Of a stretch of DNA of 64,000 bases, positions 53,701-64,000 are shown piece after piece; the stretch's first letter is position 1, and each line of letters begins with the position of its first letter. Source of the stretch: Perna viridis (taxonomy: Eukaryota); contig CM074514.1 in NCBI GenBank assembly GCA_037379345.1, positions 16,988,001 to 17,052,000 of the forward strand, read 5' to 3'. The position numbers and the translations under genes were made by a program. The notes under the pieces are model-generated. The model had not been told where the DNA came from and ran no database searches. It saw only the letters and a program-made list of their open reading frames with translations.

Positions 53701-56700
53701 TAAATGTAGCAAAGGGAACAGAGAATTGAATATTGGCACCATTACTAAGTGAAGGTGATTGAGTTGTAGCTGGGGTTGTCTGTTCTAGACGACAAATCTG
53801 TGATGCATCATCATATTCATAATGTTCGTTACAAGCCCATCCATAGAACGGAATATTAAAAGATTTTATTGTTATAAAACACACCCCAGGGCTCAACTCG
53901 TTCAATATATTTTGGGCTTTATTTTCAATGTATGTCTTCACTGCATTCTCAGCACAAGATGTGACTATTTCTATATCTCCTGATGGACTCTGTATCGCAA
54001 AAGGTGCTGTAAGCTCCAACTGTGGAAAAGATAATACAAATATATTTAAGACAATAATGTTTTATAAATTACTTTAACTTACAAGTAACTCATAATTATC
54101 ATTGAAAGTACCTATACAGATTGATATGTTGCAACAGAGAAAGTTAGAAAAATAAAGTTTAAAGTAAGGTACTATATAGTGGTGTTCTATATGAATGTTG
54201 GAGATATGCATACTTGTAAACATGCATAAACAAGATGCTAACTTTTCCTTTGACTTTTATTAAGAGTTGTTTTAAGATATGACATTGGTGATTGATTAAT
54301 GAATCAAACAGCAGTCAACTGAATAATACAAATAACTTGGTCGAATGATGAAAAACTACGCTGTAGGTCATTTTTAAATTTATTTTCCTAGATATAGCGA
54401 TAAAATTCTTCAATGCATAAATTGATGCATGCAGTAAATATAAAAAATTTAATAAGTTTGTGTGAATTCATTCTTTATATTCATGTGCAAAATTATAAAA
54501 ATAATAAAATGCTTTGCAAGGCACAGCTTAATACAACCACATAGGTAAAACGCCGAAAAGTTGGGCAAGAATGACAAACCATTCAAACTTGATAAAGCAC
54601 TGAATATGGATTGGGATAAAACATTTGACACAGGATAAGAATTAGACAAGACTTAAAGTAGCTACTTTTAGGCACTGAATTCCTAAACAATTCATCATGC
54701 ACCCTCAGCCACCTGTTAGTGAGATGGCACATTGTGGTACAATTCCATAAAGTTTCTACACTTTTACTTTAGTTATTACCCAGACATACGAAAAATGCAT
54801 ATTTCTGGCCCTCTGTGGTGATTCATACTTTTGGGTTTCAAGTCATAACTCTGAAATCAATCTCAGTACGATCTTTTTATCAAATGAAAAGTTTTTTTTG
54901 TCCTTTTTTGGCCCCTGATTCCTAAAAAGTTAGGGTCATCATCACCAAAATGGATACCAAACTTCATTTTTAGGTATGAAACCTTGTTACAAAATTTTAT
55001 TGAGAAAAACTGACTACTAATCAAGTCTACAGGTAAAATGGATGAAGATATCAAAACAGTGCCATATCATTTTAATGTCATATAAATATGAAACTAAACT
55101 TGAAAATCATAGGCATAGCATAGGAAGCTAATATAAATATCATTAAAAACTATCCAAAATGTGATTAATTGATCATGATTGTTACTAATTACCTCAAGAT
55201 AAAAAATGTAAGGAGAGTTTAGTACATAGTACATAGATGACTAAATCCATAATTTAAGTCATAACAAAGACATCTTGTGTGATCTAGACAAAAGTCACAT
55301 ATATTTACACAAAATAATCCATAGTGCTGAAATTGAATCTAATCATGAGGGTTCCAATGTTTTGGCTAACAAGTTATTAAATAGAAAACTGCACATTAAA
55401 GAGGGCATAACTTCAGGCACTTTGTTTCTTCTATCTTATAACCGTCATTGGCTGGGACATATGTATCATCAGGTATTACAAGTTTCAAAATTCTTATTAT
55501 TGTTTGTTTTTTCCAAAACTTCTTTAAAAAATTATAAAGTAAATATACAAATTTTAAAAAAAGCATTTTTACATATCTTGCAACATACAAACACATTAAA
55601 AAACATTCATAACACAATCAGCTTCATATTAGCAATGGTCAACTACAGGAACATAATGTTGTCATGCCAACGCAATAAACATTGGTCATCTACTTGGACA
55701 TAATGGTTGCCATGCCAACAGAACTTACCCTATGGTCTATAGGATATTCGATGATCAACCTTAGCTAGAAACAAACAATTTCTATTTTCATTTATGGAAA
55801 TCTTCAAAACATTCCAACTAAAATAACTTCCTAACACCCCTAGTTGGTTCTAACAGAAAAATTCACAAGACATAGTGTCCATTTTCTCATGACCTTCACC
55901 CTTGTCCAACTGACAGAAGAATGTTTTGATAAAACTTACCTCACATTTTATACCAATAAATTGAATAGTGATTGTTGTTTACAGACTAAATCAAAACTAT
56001 TTTGAAATGCTGTTTTTGAATACTAGTACTCGAAGTATACGGTTTCTTATTTGAAAATCTCAACAACAACAAAATCTCTATAAAAAAAAAATGAACAGAA
56101 CTGTTGTTGTTGAATGAAAATATTAAAGTTTCACTTTCTACATTTATAATGAAATATAATATTACTAAAAATGTATACTAAATAAATTATTGTATGGTTA
56201 AGCATCATTAACTAAGGGTATATATCTTTTGAAGGAGATGGAGGAGAATTGATAGGGTTTGTTATGTATTGATGAGGACAATTATAAATGCTAACTTTTT
56301 GATAACAAAATATTTTGGTTTGTCTATATAATTAGATGGAGTATAATACCAATGATAGAGATTTTTTTGTTCCTATAATCAGGGTACTAGTCTAGCTATA
56401 CCAATATTGATACATGAAATAAAGAACACTTTATACCAAAGAATGTGAAGCATCATGCACCTTCAAACCACACTTACTGGGACAAATGGATAAGCTTTTA
56501 CATGGAACACAATATATAGCAAACCAGCATTGGATTGTATCACAGGTGTCTAGAGAGCAGAGAGACAGAGAGAGCTATATATACACTAAGCAACCATTTA
56601 GAAGGGGATACTCTAAAGCTGTTCCTTACATAAGCTATCTGAAATGTTCAATAATCATATTTCATTCCTTCAGACTTCACTCGTTTTGGTATTTATTGTT

Positions 56701-59700
56701 TCATTTTATTGTTTCTTTTTGTCTTTGATTTTGTAGACTTTATGGTTGAAATATAACAGTCTGATATCCATAACAGACAACATCAATAACACACAAAAAT
56801 ATATGCAGTGTTAACACTAATGCAGCAAATGTGTGGAACTAAGCCAAATATTTTGACAACACCCTGAATATTGGTTAGAATTCATTATTTTCTAAACTAA
56901 AGTGAAATAGACAGACATTGCCACACAACAAAAAATATCAAAATCTTTTTATCAAAATGGCTAAAGTTCTATAGAGGATGGAAACATGATTCTATCAATA
57001 AGATTATCAGTTATAAACTATATCAAATTAATTGAAAAAAAAATGACAAAGAACAGATAGCCCAATAGTTATGATTACTGATTAGGTTAACTATGGATAT
57101 ACACAGGATTAACTAGCTAGATAAACCTTACCCTCTCAGGTGTGACAGCAATTTTTCCAGTACGGGTCAGTAGCACTATATCTGAAAGTTTACTGCACTC
57201 TTTTTTTGTGTTTAGTTGTGTTTTGATACCATTACTGATGATCTCCACTTTCTCTTCAATCTGTCGTCGTGTGGCATTAACACATGGTCCATCCGTTAGA
57301 TTACTACCTTCATATATAGCCTTCACTTCTATCAGGTAAAATGCTGCAGAAGCTAAAAAATATACTGTCACCTAAATTTTTGTAAATCTCAAAAAACAAA
57401 AACGAAATCATCTTTAAAATAACAGTTCAATTTATTATATAGATAGCATTGAATTATCAAACGCTACCTGTGTAATGACTGAAATACTGAAATAAATTTG
57501 CTAATTTCACTCTCAGAATTTCTCAATCCAAAATGTCAGAATGTTTTCCAGCACTAATGAAAATATTTTAGTTATTCACTCTTTTCCATGAATTAACCAA
57601 TTATTCTTTTGCTTTCCTGGGGTAATCATATGAAAAATCTAATATTTTTCAGAATTTCACAAATATGTGTTCCCCTATTTATTTTTTTTTCACTTTTACA
57701 ATGAGCTTGAAAAATGACGCATCATTAACAAAGTAGTCAAGTCAGACAACTGAGAGACCACTTACTGGGTGGCAGAGTAACTCCTGGAGTAGTTGTCTGA
57801 GTAGTTGTTTTTGTGGTTGTTGTGGTTGGCTTTGTTGTTGTTGTTTCCACTGTTGCCTGTGTTGTAGGTGTAATAAGATTACAGATTTCCCCAGAGCCAT
57901 CCATGTTATAACCATCTGGACATTGCCATTGACTGAACCTTATTTCAGTACTATCTACCGATTGAAGACACATCGTCTGAGATAAAATTTTGTCAAGGCT
58001 TCCTGCAAGGTCCTTCCTCAAAAGTTCATCTATTACCTGTCCACAGGGTGTGAGCACTGCCTGTGACTGACCTCCTAAACTGAAGTTTTTTGTTATTTCA
58101 ATCTGAAAACAATCAATTTCTTTGAATTCTTCATTATTGAAAATATTTTGAGTTTTCATCATGTGTAAAAACTCTGTTCTTGCAGAACTAATGTTATTGT
58201 TATATGCTTTTTATCAGAGACCTTTCTCCAACAATAAAAGTTTATCAACAATACATTGTTTTATGTTGTTAAAAAGAAACACTACCCCTTACTCTAGTAC
58301 AATTCTGTAATGCAAGAAATAACAGACAGAGAAGGTAAAAAAAAAAAGGGGGGTACAAAAGAAATCTTGGTCTATCAACTATGTATGTATGTTTATTATG
58401 TGCAAGAGTAATCAAGGCAACCAAGGTTCTAGTGGTAATCAAATGAATGTAATCCAGGGACAAAGCCCTGACATGGAAAACAGACATACAAAACAAAGAA
58501 CATAAAGTAACTAAAATAATACATACAAGGTAACAAAAGCAAATGAGCAACTCAGACACCACTAAAAACGGGCATATCAAAGATTTTACTTTCAGCTCAT
58601 ATACATGTAGAAATTGTAAAAGTCATTGACATCTTGGGCAATATGCATTATTCTACTAACCTTTTATGAACAACTCAGGGGGTATTTCTAGACAAGCAGA
58701 GGATACCTACTCTACCAGTGCACCAGGGCCATGGTCCCACTTTGTAGTGAAGCCTCTCTTGCTCATTTGCTTTTTTTACTTTTTGTTTCTAAGTACATTT
58801 GCAGATGTTTTTTTTATTTCATGTTCTCTGTAGTGTTTCTATTTTCATTGTTTAGTCATTTCCTAGGATTAAGTTTTTTTATTACCCTCCAAATCATTTT
58901 CTTTAACACACTTCTTCATAATAAATCACAAAGAAGATAATTTCTGTTCTGGAATCTATACTTACTGAATTAACATCAGAAGGTTTTCTAACAGATGTCT
59001 CCATGGTAACATTAATGGCATATTTGGAGCAAGACTTAGTGGTTTTGAGGGCATTGCTGACGCCATCTTTAGAACTTAGAACATCGGAAATCAAAATGTT
59101 GATCTGGTCTAGACAGGCCTGGTCTATGTTGATGGCAGTTATCAGTTCAGAATAGATACCTATCACATATCCTGGAAGAATATCTGAAGAAAAGATGTTC
59201 ATATATCATGAGTACAAAAATAGTTATTCATTGTGGAAATTAGTGTATTTTTTACTTTGAATATTCAAATATTTTATAAGTTACATCAATCATAAACCTT
59301 TTTCTATTATAAATCATTAAATGTAAAAGAAGACAGATCCCAATCTTCAGTGTAATTAACTTCCATTTCAAAAGTTAAGAAAATTAAAGTGTATGTCTTA
59401 TATTGCAAAACGGAATTCAGTTGGGTTCTTTAACCATTGAATAATTTTCCCTCTTAAAATGATTCTGACCCTAATAAGCAATAAGATACAACTTAAGACC
59501 TGACATGCAAAGATAACAGTAGAATAGCAGTAAATTTAGAGATTAGCAAAGTACTAGGTTATAAATATTGTCAGGAACATCATGCTATTTTACTCATATT
59601 GAGCAAGAACTCATGAAAACATAAATCTTTGGAGATCAAAATGCTTTAAATAGTTGCAAAGGATGCAGTTACATAGTAGCAAGTACATAGAAAATGAATG

Positions 59701-62700
59701 TAATTATAGAATTACAAAAAGTGTTTAACCATGTTGCAAAAAGTGCAATTCAATTCTTTCTCATCTAGTCACATGACATGATAAAACAATTCTGAAATTA
59801 TTGTGATGTTTTTTTATTACTAAATATGTTATGTACTTAATTGAATGTATTGACAATTATAGAAGTTTTACATTGCTAAAGCTGTTTTTTTATCTCCATA
59901 AATTACATTTGTTTACAAAAATAATAACATAACACTCACAACTTTGCATCAATTTTTGAATTTACAGAACTAGACTTACAAGGAGGCAGAGTGGTTAGTG
60001 TTGTTGGCTGAATAGTTGGTGTCATTGGTTGAACAGCTGGTGTCGTTGGCTGAACTGTTAGTGTCGTTGATTGAATGGTTTGTGTAGTTGGTTGAATTGT
60101 TGATATTCCAGATGTTGAGGTGCTTTCTGTGGTCATTGGGTGTGTACTGTGAACAGTTGTTTTTTTACCAGAAGATGTGATGGTGCTTTCTGAAGACAAT
60201 GGTTGGGATTGCTCAACTGTTGTCTTTTCATCAGTAGAAACAGCAATGTTTTCAGTGGACATTGTCTGTTTTGGTTGATAGGTTGATGCTGACACAGTTG
60301 TTTCTTCCTGCTGACTAGTTAACTTTTGTTTTGACTCTTTAAGGGTTGTTATTTCATTGGTAGAAACAGTGGTTCTTTCTGTGGACATCACCTCAGTTTG
60401 TCCATGGATAATGGTTGATACAGTTATTTCATCTGTGACAATCTGCTGTGTTGACTGGATAGTTGTTCTATCATTGAAAGCTGATGTTCTCGCTTGGGAC
60501 ACAGAAGATGCTTCTTCTTCTGTCATTACATTTATTGTTGTAGATTTAGTTGTCCTAAATGTTTGTGCATGTTCCATGTTGTTTCCTGATGTCAACTCAT
60601 TTCCACTAGTTGTAGTAAATAGTTGACCACTGGTACGAATGTCTTCAACTGTTACCTGAGAATTAGTTGACAGATTCGTGCTATCTGTTATCTGATTACT
60701 ATTATCAAGTGTAGTCGAGTCATCAGTATTTGTAAATGTCAGGCCAGTTGACTTAGTGCTCAAATCTGTGATTTTATTTGTATCTAAAGCAGTCGTCATT
60801 TCCTCTGTTTTCAAGCCACTTTTAGTAGTTTGTTCAGTAGATAAAACTGTTGTTACTTTCTCAGATGAAGTATTTTCTGTTGTACCCTGTATTCCAGCAG
60901 TAGATTTATCAATGATATCAGTTGTTACTGTCTGCTCTACTGATGTAATATCTGATGAAGTCCACTGTTTTGTTGTTTCTTGTTTATCTATACTTGAAAT
61001 AGTATAATCATCAGCTGTAACTTGTTGATAAGTTGTTTTTTCAGTATTTCGGTCAGTAAATATTTGAGAAGTTGTCTGTTGCCTATCAGTAGTAGAGGGT
61101 TGTTCTGTTTTTTGCTTTTCTGTCAGTGATCCTGCTGTTGATTGTAACATTGTAGAGAATTGGTCAGTAATTTCAGGTGTTTCTCTTGTCATGGGTTGTG
61201 TATTAGTTAACATAGGGGATTTTGAAGTAACTGTTTCTACTTCTTGAAATTTTGTTGTCTCAGCTTGAGTTAAACCATTAGTAACGGACTCAGGTGTTAT
61301 TTGGTATGTTGTAATGTGCTGATTAGTACCTCTAGTGACAGTCTCTGTTCGCAATGTATTAGTGATTGAATGTAGAGTAGTTTCTTTACCACCAGGACTT
61401 AATGTTATTGAGTCTGATGTTGAGGCACTTGTACCTGCCCTGTTTGAGGTCAAATTACCTGAAGGTTCAGCAGTGTAAGTTAAAGTATCTTTAGTGGTAC
61501 TAGATAGTTTTCCTGTACTACTTATTTCCTCACTAGATACACCTTCTGTTATTGAATTTGTATCATTTAATGCTGTTGTAGTTAGGTATGATGTATCAGA
61601 TTCCATTATAATTGTCTCCCCAGTGTATATGTCAGTGCTTTCCTGAGGTGATTGAGATGTGGAGCTTATTATTGTACTATGTAGTGGGTCCTCTGATACT
61701 GTCATGGATGAGCTAACAGAAGTGACTGAATTTTTTATTGTATTATTCACTGATGTAGTTGTTTCTGGGTCTGATAATTCTACAGGTTTAGAATCAGTGG
61801 TAAATGGCTCATCAGAGTGGTTTAGACTTGACACATCAGTAATTATAGAATTTGACCTCTTTGAACTACTGGTTGTGCTATCATTGATGGGTGAGATAGG
61901 ATAGTTGACATCAGTAGTAGAGATTGCTGATGGGCTATCAGTTGTAGATTGAGTTGTTGTGGAAGTTGCTGATGTAGACATTCCATAGATATTGGGACAC
62001 TCTGTGAAGACAAAAGTTTACCCATGCAATCATGCAATTAGTAAAACATGATGCTTAAAAAGGAAAAAAGTATTCAAATAAATATATTGAAAAGTAGTAA
62101 TAAGTTACTTTTAAACTTGCAACAGTTCATGCTAGCTACTTCAATTTTATATGAGCTTTATGAAAATTTATTAATGCAGTAAGCTATTGAGAATTTTTTT
62201 GGCAGATTACATGCTTACAACTAACAGTAATATTTTCTACCTTGCAAAGTTATTTTATAAGATAATGAAAGATCTAATATCAAGCAAATATAGAGGAAAG
62301 CATCAAGCGATCAAATTACCTACCTGTGGATTTATAGCAGTAAGGTTCAAGGTCTGATACACAAATGTCTCTACGGTAACCCAGGTCATAACCTTGATTA
62401 CATGACCATTCACTATTAAATAAGAGGTTTCCAGAATTGCTGATGAAATAAGATGGACAGATCTTGTCATGTGTCCCATTCAAGGTCAGTGAACTGACTA
62501 TAGTTTGTATATTTCCATTATCAGTGAAGGATTTCAGCTGATTACTACAGTTACACACTGAACTAAAAACACCAGTCTTGTACATTGATATCTGTATTGA
62601 AAGGTCAATAGTCAGCATTTGCTATAAAAGAAAAATACAGGTAAATTAAAAAAAATAAAAGTTTTGTTGTTGAATTAGTTGTAACAGTTGTAATTTGTAA

Positions 62701-63995
62701 TTGAATTAAACATAGGGACTTTAATGACAAACTGCTAAAGTTAAAAAAGACTATTAAGTCATATGATATATACTGAAAGTTCTCCAAAGTACAGTAAAAC
62801 CTGTCTAAACCAAACTCTGTAAAAACAGGTGATCTGTGTGAACCAGACCCTGTAAAAACAGGTGATCTGTGTAAGCCAGACCCTGGAAAGAACAGGTGAT
62901 CTGTGTAAACCAGACCCTGGAAAGAACAGGTGGTCTGTGTAAACCAGACCCAGGAAAGAACAGGTGGTCTGTGTAAACCAGACCCTGGAAAGACAGGTAA
63001 TCTGTGTAAACCAGACTCTGGAAAGACAGGTAATCTGTGTAAACCAGACTCTGGAAAGAACAGGTAATCTATCTGTGTAAACCAGACCCAGGAAAGAACA
63101 CGTAATCTGTGTAAACCAGACCCAAGAAAGACAGGTAATCTGTGTAAACCAGACCCAGGAAAGAACAGGTAATCTGTGTAAACCAGACCCAGGAAAGAAC
63201 AGGTAATCTGTGTAAACCAGACCCTGGAAAGACAGGTAATCTGTGTAAACCAGACTCTGGAAAGAACAGGTAATCTGTGTAAACCAGATCCTGGAAAGAA
63301 CAGGTAATCTGTGTAAACCAGACCCTGGAATGAACATGTGATCTGTGTAAACCAGACCCAGGAAAGAACAGGTAATCTGTGTAAACCAGACCCAGGAAAG
63401 AACAGGTAATCTGTGTAAACCACACCTCTTTTAAATTTCATGCCTTAACCAAAGTTCTCTCAGTCCAAAAAAAAACGGATTCAGTTTAGACATGTTTTAC
63501 TGTATATAAAACAAACCAAATAAGAAATTTTGACTAATCAAAAAGCTATAATTCAAGGAAAGCCCCACACATGATATTCTTGTAACCTTGAACTTTGCTC
63601 TATGACCCTGGAAATCTCGAAGTTCTACATGTATAAATCAATACTGAATACATATGTACCAATTTTGGTCAAAGTCTGTTAATGGATGCTGACTTTTCAT
63701 GTACCAGATCAAAAGATTAATGACCTCATCATAACAACATGTATATCCACAAAGGTTGTACTTACATGCGAATGGCTGGGTTTAGGAGTAATATTGATTG
63801 CTGGGCCATTAAGTATGGAGCATTTGTTTTGAGCAATCTGTGTAAAGATCTCTACAGTTTCATTGACAAAGAGTTCAACACATGTCTTGTTGTATACAAC
63901 TGGTAGGGAAAACATCATCTTATAGTGTAAAATATAGCTTGGTTTTGTGGTGGCTGTCTGAGGTTGTTGTATCACACATTTCATTGGAGTTACAT
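17441..63995 (-). CDS. Giant type I membrane mucin / EGF / HYR / ephrin-receptor-like / LamG protein with an uninflatable- or SVEP1-like C-terminal half; 5'-partial, 50 exons, about 4,680 aa in the window
   Basis: Phase-consistent GT-AG exons: 63766-63995, 62324-62591, 59980-62001, 58966-59183, 57766-58102, 57132-57352, 53483-54019, 51880-52138, 49177-49388, 48428-48680, 44770-47945, 44228-44420, 42381-42536, 41000-41175, 40635-40710, 38924-39163, 38373-38557, 37714-37948, 37390-37512, 36971-37132, 36507-36668, 36008-36106, 35690-35791, 34984-35110, 34392-34485, 33793-33913, 33389-33498, 32557-32671, 31919-32044, 31207-31334, 30685-30878, 30413-30537, 29904-30143, 29257-29416, 28653-28871, 28099-28373, 27169-27309, 26741-26836, 26050-26253, 25387-25636, 24811-25010, 24239-24400, 22988-23149, 22567-22728, 21722-21991, 21306-21389, 21108-21195, 20513-20729, 18747-18833, 17441-17677 (14,036 nt, TGA at 17441-17443). 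Confidence 0.85.
17908..17992. repeat. ~28-bp tandem repeat x3
   Basis: ACATTAAATACTACATAGAAAGTATAGA. Confidence 0.85.
21108..24400 (-). CDS. Giant gene: four ephrin-receptor-like repeats, calcium-binding EGF, EGF-like unit and transmembrane helix
   Basis: [22 protein letters not shown]; [36 protein letters not shown]; [28 protein letters not shown] followed by [10 protein letters not shown]. Confidence 0.9.
22046..22251. mobile_element. MITE with TA TSD
   Basis: TIR CTGCGAAAGTATT / TAGTACTTTCACAG flanked by TA; related degenerate copies near 41465-41643 and 52400-52580. Confidence 0.75.
23200..23530 (-). mobile_element. Degenerate tRNA-derived SINE (Meta-domain-like)
   Basis: B-box GGTTCGATTCC on - strand near 23470, followed by AAAGACTGGTCGGCTCAGAGTAAGAATGTG, which resembles the MetaSINE body as recalled. 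Confidence 0.55.
23840..24150 (+). mobile_element. HINE-like fragment with two ~160-bp internal repeats and 3' hairpin
   Basis: GACCTGTAACTTATCAT...AATATCTGCAAGCGTTT at ~23845 and ~24005; GACGGACAG followed by an imperfect hairpin. Confidence 0.5.
24538..24712. mobile_element. Short MITE-like element
   Basis: Imperfect TIR CAGTGGTGGATCCA / TGGATCTGCCCTTG; GC-richer than its flanks. Confidence 0.5.
24811..27309 (-). CDS. Giant gene: HYR, sushi/CCP and six-Cys-like module with RRRKRS furin site
   Basis: [11 protein letters not shown]...[17 protein letters not shown]; CSKPKAP...CGREGFWDP...FPIC; [12 protein letters not shown]. Confidence 0.85.
27442..27908. repeat. 52-bp minisatellite, about 9 copies
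   Basis: Unit CCCTGAACTGATCAGCCAGACTATGTGATGAATCAATAACCCATGACTGATT. Confidence 0.95.
28099..29416 (-). CDS. Giant gene: LamG/pentraxin-like domain (3 exons)
   Basis: [50 protein letters not shown]. Confidence 0.85.
29904..36106 (-). CDS. Giant gene: array of 14 Notch-type EGF / calcium-binding EGF repeats (12 exons)
   Basis: e.g. [61 protein letters not shown]. Confidence 0.9.
31678..31950 (-). repeat. 46-bp tandem repeat derived from an exon end plus splice donor
   Basis: Unit CTCACCTGTCCATCCAGGTAGAAAATCACAGGTATAACTGTTAACT; the last copy is the real exon end at 31919. Confidence 0.9.
32885..33410 (-). repeat. ~28-30-bp tandem repeat derived from an exon end plus splice donor
   Basis: Unit CATACCTGACATAAACAGGAA(CATGACC); the last copy is the real exon end at 33389. 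Confidence 0.9.
35310..35600. repeat. Degenerate ~42-bp tandem repeat, about 7 copies
   Basis: AAAATTCAAGTTGAAA..GGACAAGGTCAAGGTTAAAGAAG. Confidence 0.85.
36507..38557 (-). CDS. Giant gene: six-Cys module followed by three ephrin-receptor-like (GCC2/GCC3) Cys repeats
   Basis: [47 protein letters not shown]; two 162-nt phase-1 exons. Confidence 0.85.
38924..41175 (-). CDS. Giant gene: two HYR domains (3 exons)
   Basis: [11 protein letters not shown]...VVDNSG...[17 protein letters not shown] and [10 protein letters not shown]...[17 protein letters not shown]. Confidence 0.85.
40150..40400 (+). repeat. Interspersed repeat, related to 58405-58575 (and an inverted partial copy near 58740-58885)
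   Basis: Shared GAGTAATCAAGG.AACCAAG.TTCTAG...GACATGGAAAA...CAAAGAACATAAA...AAATGAGCAAC. Confidence 0.7.
42381..42536 (-). CDS. Giant gene: exon with two furin-type sites and a sushi-like C-terminal end
   Basis: [52 protein letters not shown]; symmetric phase-1 exon. Confidence 0.75.
43121..43640 (+). mobile_element. SINE-like retroelement, copy 3
   Basis: 11-bp TSD ATAAAACACCA (43110-43120, 43641-43651); (CAAA)n tail. Confidence 0.9.
44228..44420 (-). CDS. Giant gene: second half of a Ly6/uPAR (three-finger, LU) domain
   Basis: [55 protein letters not shown]; with upstream SCYVC...C...CNQ gives the CxxC...CCxxxxCN pattern. Confidence 0.75.
44770..47945 (-). CDS. Giant gene: Thr-rich mucin exon 2 (3,176 nt; 10-aa [10 protein letters not shown]-type repeats) ending in the first half of a LU domain
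   Basis: ORF 44701..48048; acceptor tttctgtttcag at 47946, donor CAG|GTTATT; 30-bp periodicity. Confidence 0.9.
48428..59183 (-). CDS. Giant gene: exons encoding four tandem ~150-aa six-Cys modules (SEA/ferredoxin-like by inference)
   Basis: ORFs 58903..59202, 57737..58162, 57117..57371, 53459..54019, 51836..52156, 49054..49404, 48348..48707; each module is split by a phase-0 intron and ends with aromatic-x-C...C. Confidence 0.75.
49910..51772 (+). mobile_element. Helentron/HINE-like non-autonomous element with internal ~465-bp direct repeats
   Basis: Begins AACAAGAGG; direct repeats ~49917-50380 and ~50382-50870 plus partial 51470-51660; GAC-rich microsatellite, then terminal hairpin TAGCTCAC..GGCC..GGCC..GTGAGCTA followed by AAA. 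Confidence 0.65.
50945..51396. mobile_element. Non-autonomous TIR element (Kolobok-like, TTAA target) nested in a HINE-like element
   Basis: Perfect 18-bp TIR GGTCTCACTAACCACTTC / GAAGTGGTTAGTGAGACC; TTAA on the right, TTA on the left. Confidence 0.8.
53195..53370. repeat. 35-bp tandem repeat, about 5 copies
   Basis: ACATTCACAGAGTCTACTTACAAGACATTGTGGAC. Confidence 0.9.
59980..62001 (-). CDS. Giant gene: Ser/Thr-rich mucin exon 1 (2,022 nt, mostly non-repetitive)
   Basis: ORF 59936..61981; acceptor cacag|AG at 62002, donor T|GTAAGT at 59979; S/T/P/Q rich. Confidence 0.9.
62792..63502. mobile_element. MITE (Tc1/mariner-like, TA TSD) with an internal ~33-34-bp tandem array
   Basis: TIR CAGTAAAACCTGTCTAAAC / GTTTAGACATGTTTTACTG (1 mismatch), TA on both sides; about 18 units of AAAGAACAGGTAATCTGTGTAAACCAGACCCTGG. 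Confidence 0.85.
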
Positions 63996-64000
63996 CTGTA

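Noticed and set aside
62605-63441. Three overlapping repetitive ORFs up to 278 aa
   Set aside because: Translations of the MITE-internal tandem array, within a phase-consistent intron
17441-63995. Assigning the symbol uif, SVEP1 or NOTCH
   Set aside because: Only partial architectural match (no CUB/FA58C, vWA, LNR or ankyrin seen); orthology needs a phylogeny

Overview
AT-rich, intron-rich animal genomic DNA; the repeat landscape suggests a bivalve mollusc (inference). Two minus-strand genes were reconstructed by hand from GT-AG junctions with consistent phases. (1) A PDZ-domain, Q/P/Y-rich ALP/Enigma (PDLIM/Zasp)-like gene: 5 coding exons at 11234->34, about 332 aa, no LIM domain in this isoform, plus a probable alternative first coding exon. 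(2) The 3' part of a giant single-pass membrane protein: 50 exons at 63995->17441, about 4,680 aa, 5' end outside the window. Its C-terminal half resembles uninflatable/SVEP1 (HYR, ephrin-receptor-like Cys repeats, 14 EGF, LamG/pentraxin, sushi, EGF, TM, NPxY tail). Its N-terminal half has two large Thr-rich mucin exons and a Ly6/uPAR three-finger domain. The protein also carries three furin sites and 6-7 copies of an unnamed ~150-aa six-Cys module. Introns hold three TSD-flanked copies of a ~520-bp SINE-like element with a structured, non-tRNA head, several MITEs, Helentron/HINE-like elements and minisatellites. The most striking unexplained pattern: at five or more exons in both genes, the exon 3' end plus its splice donor has been tandemly copied into the downstream intron, giving arrays of decoy donors that decay away from the real one.
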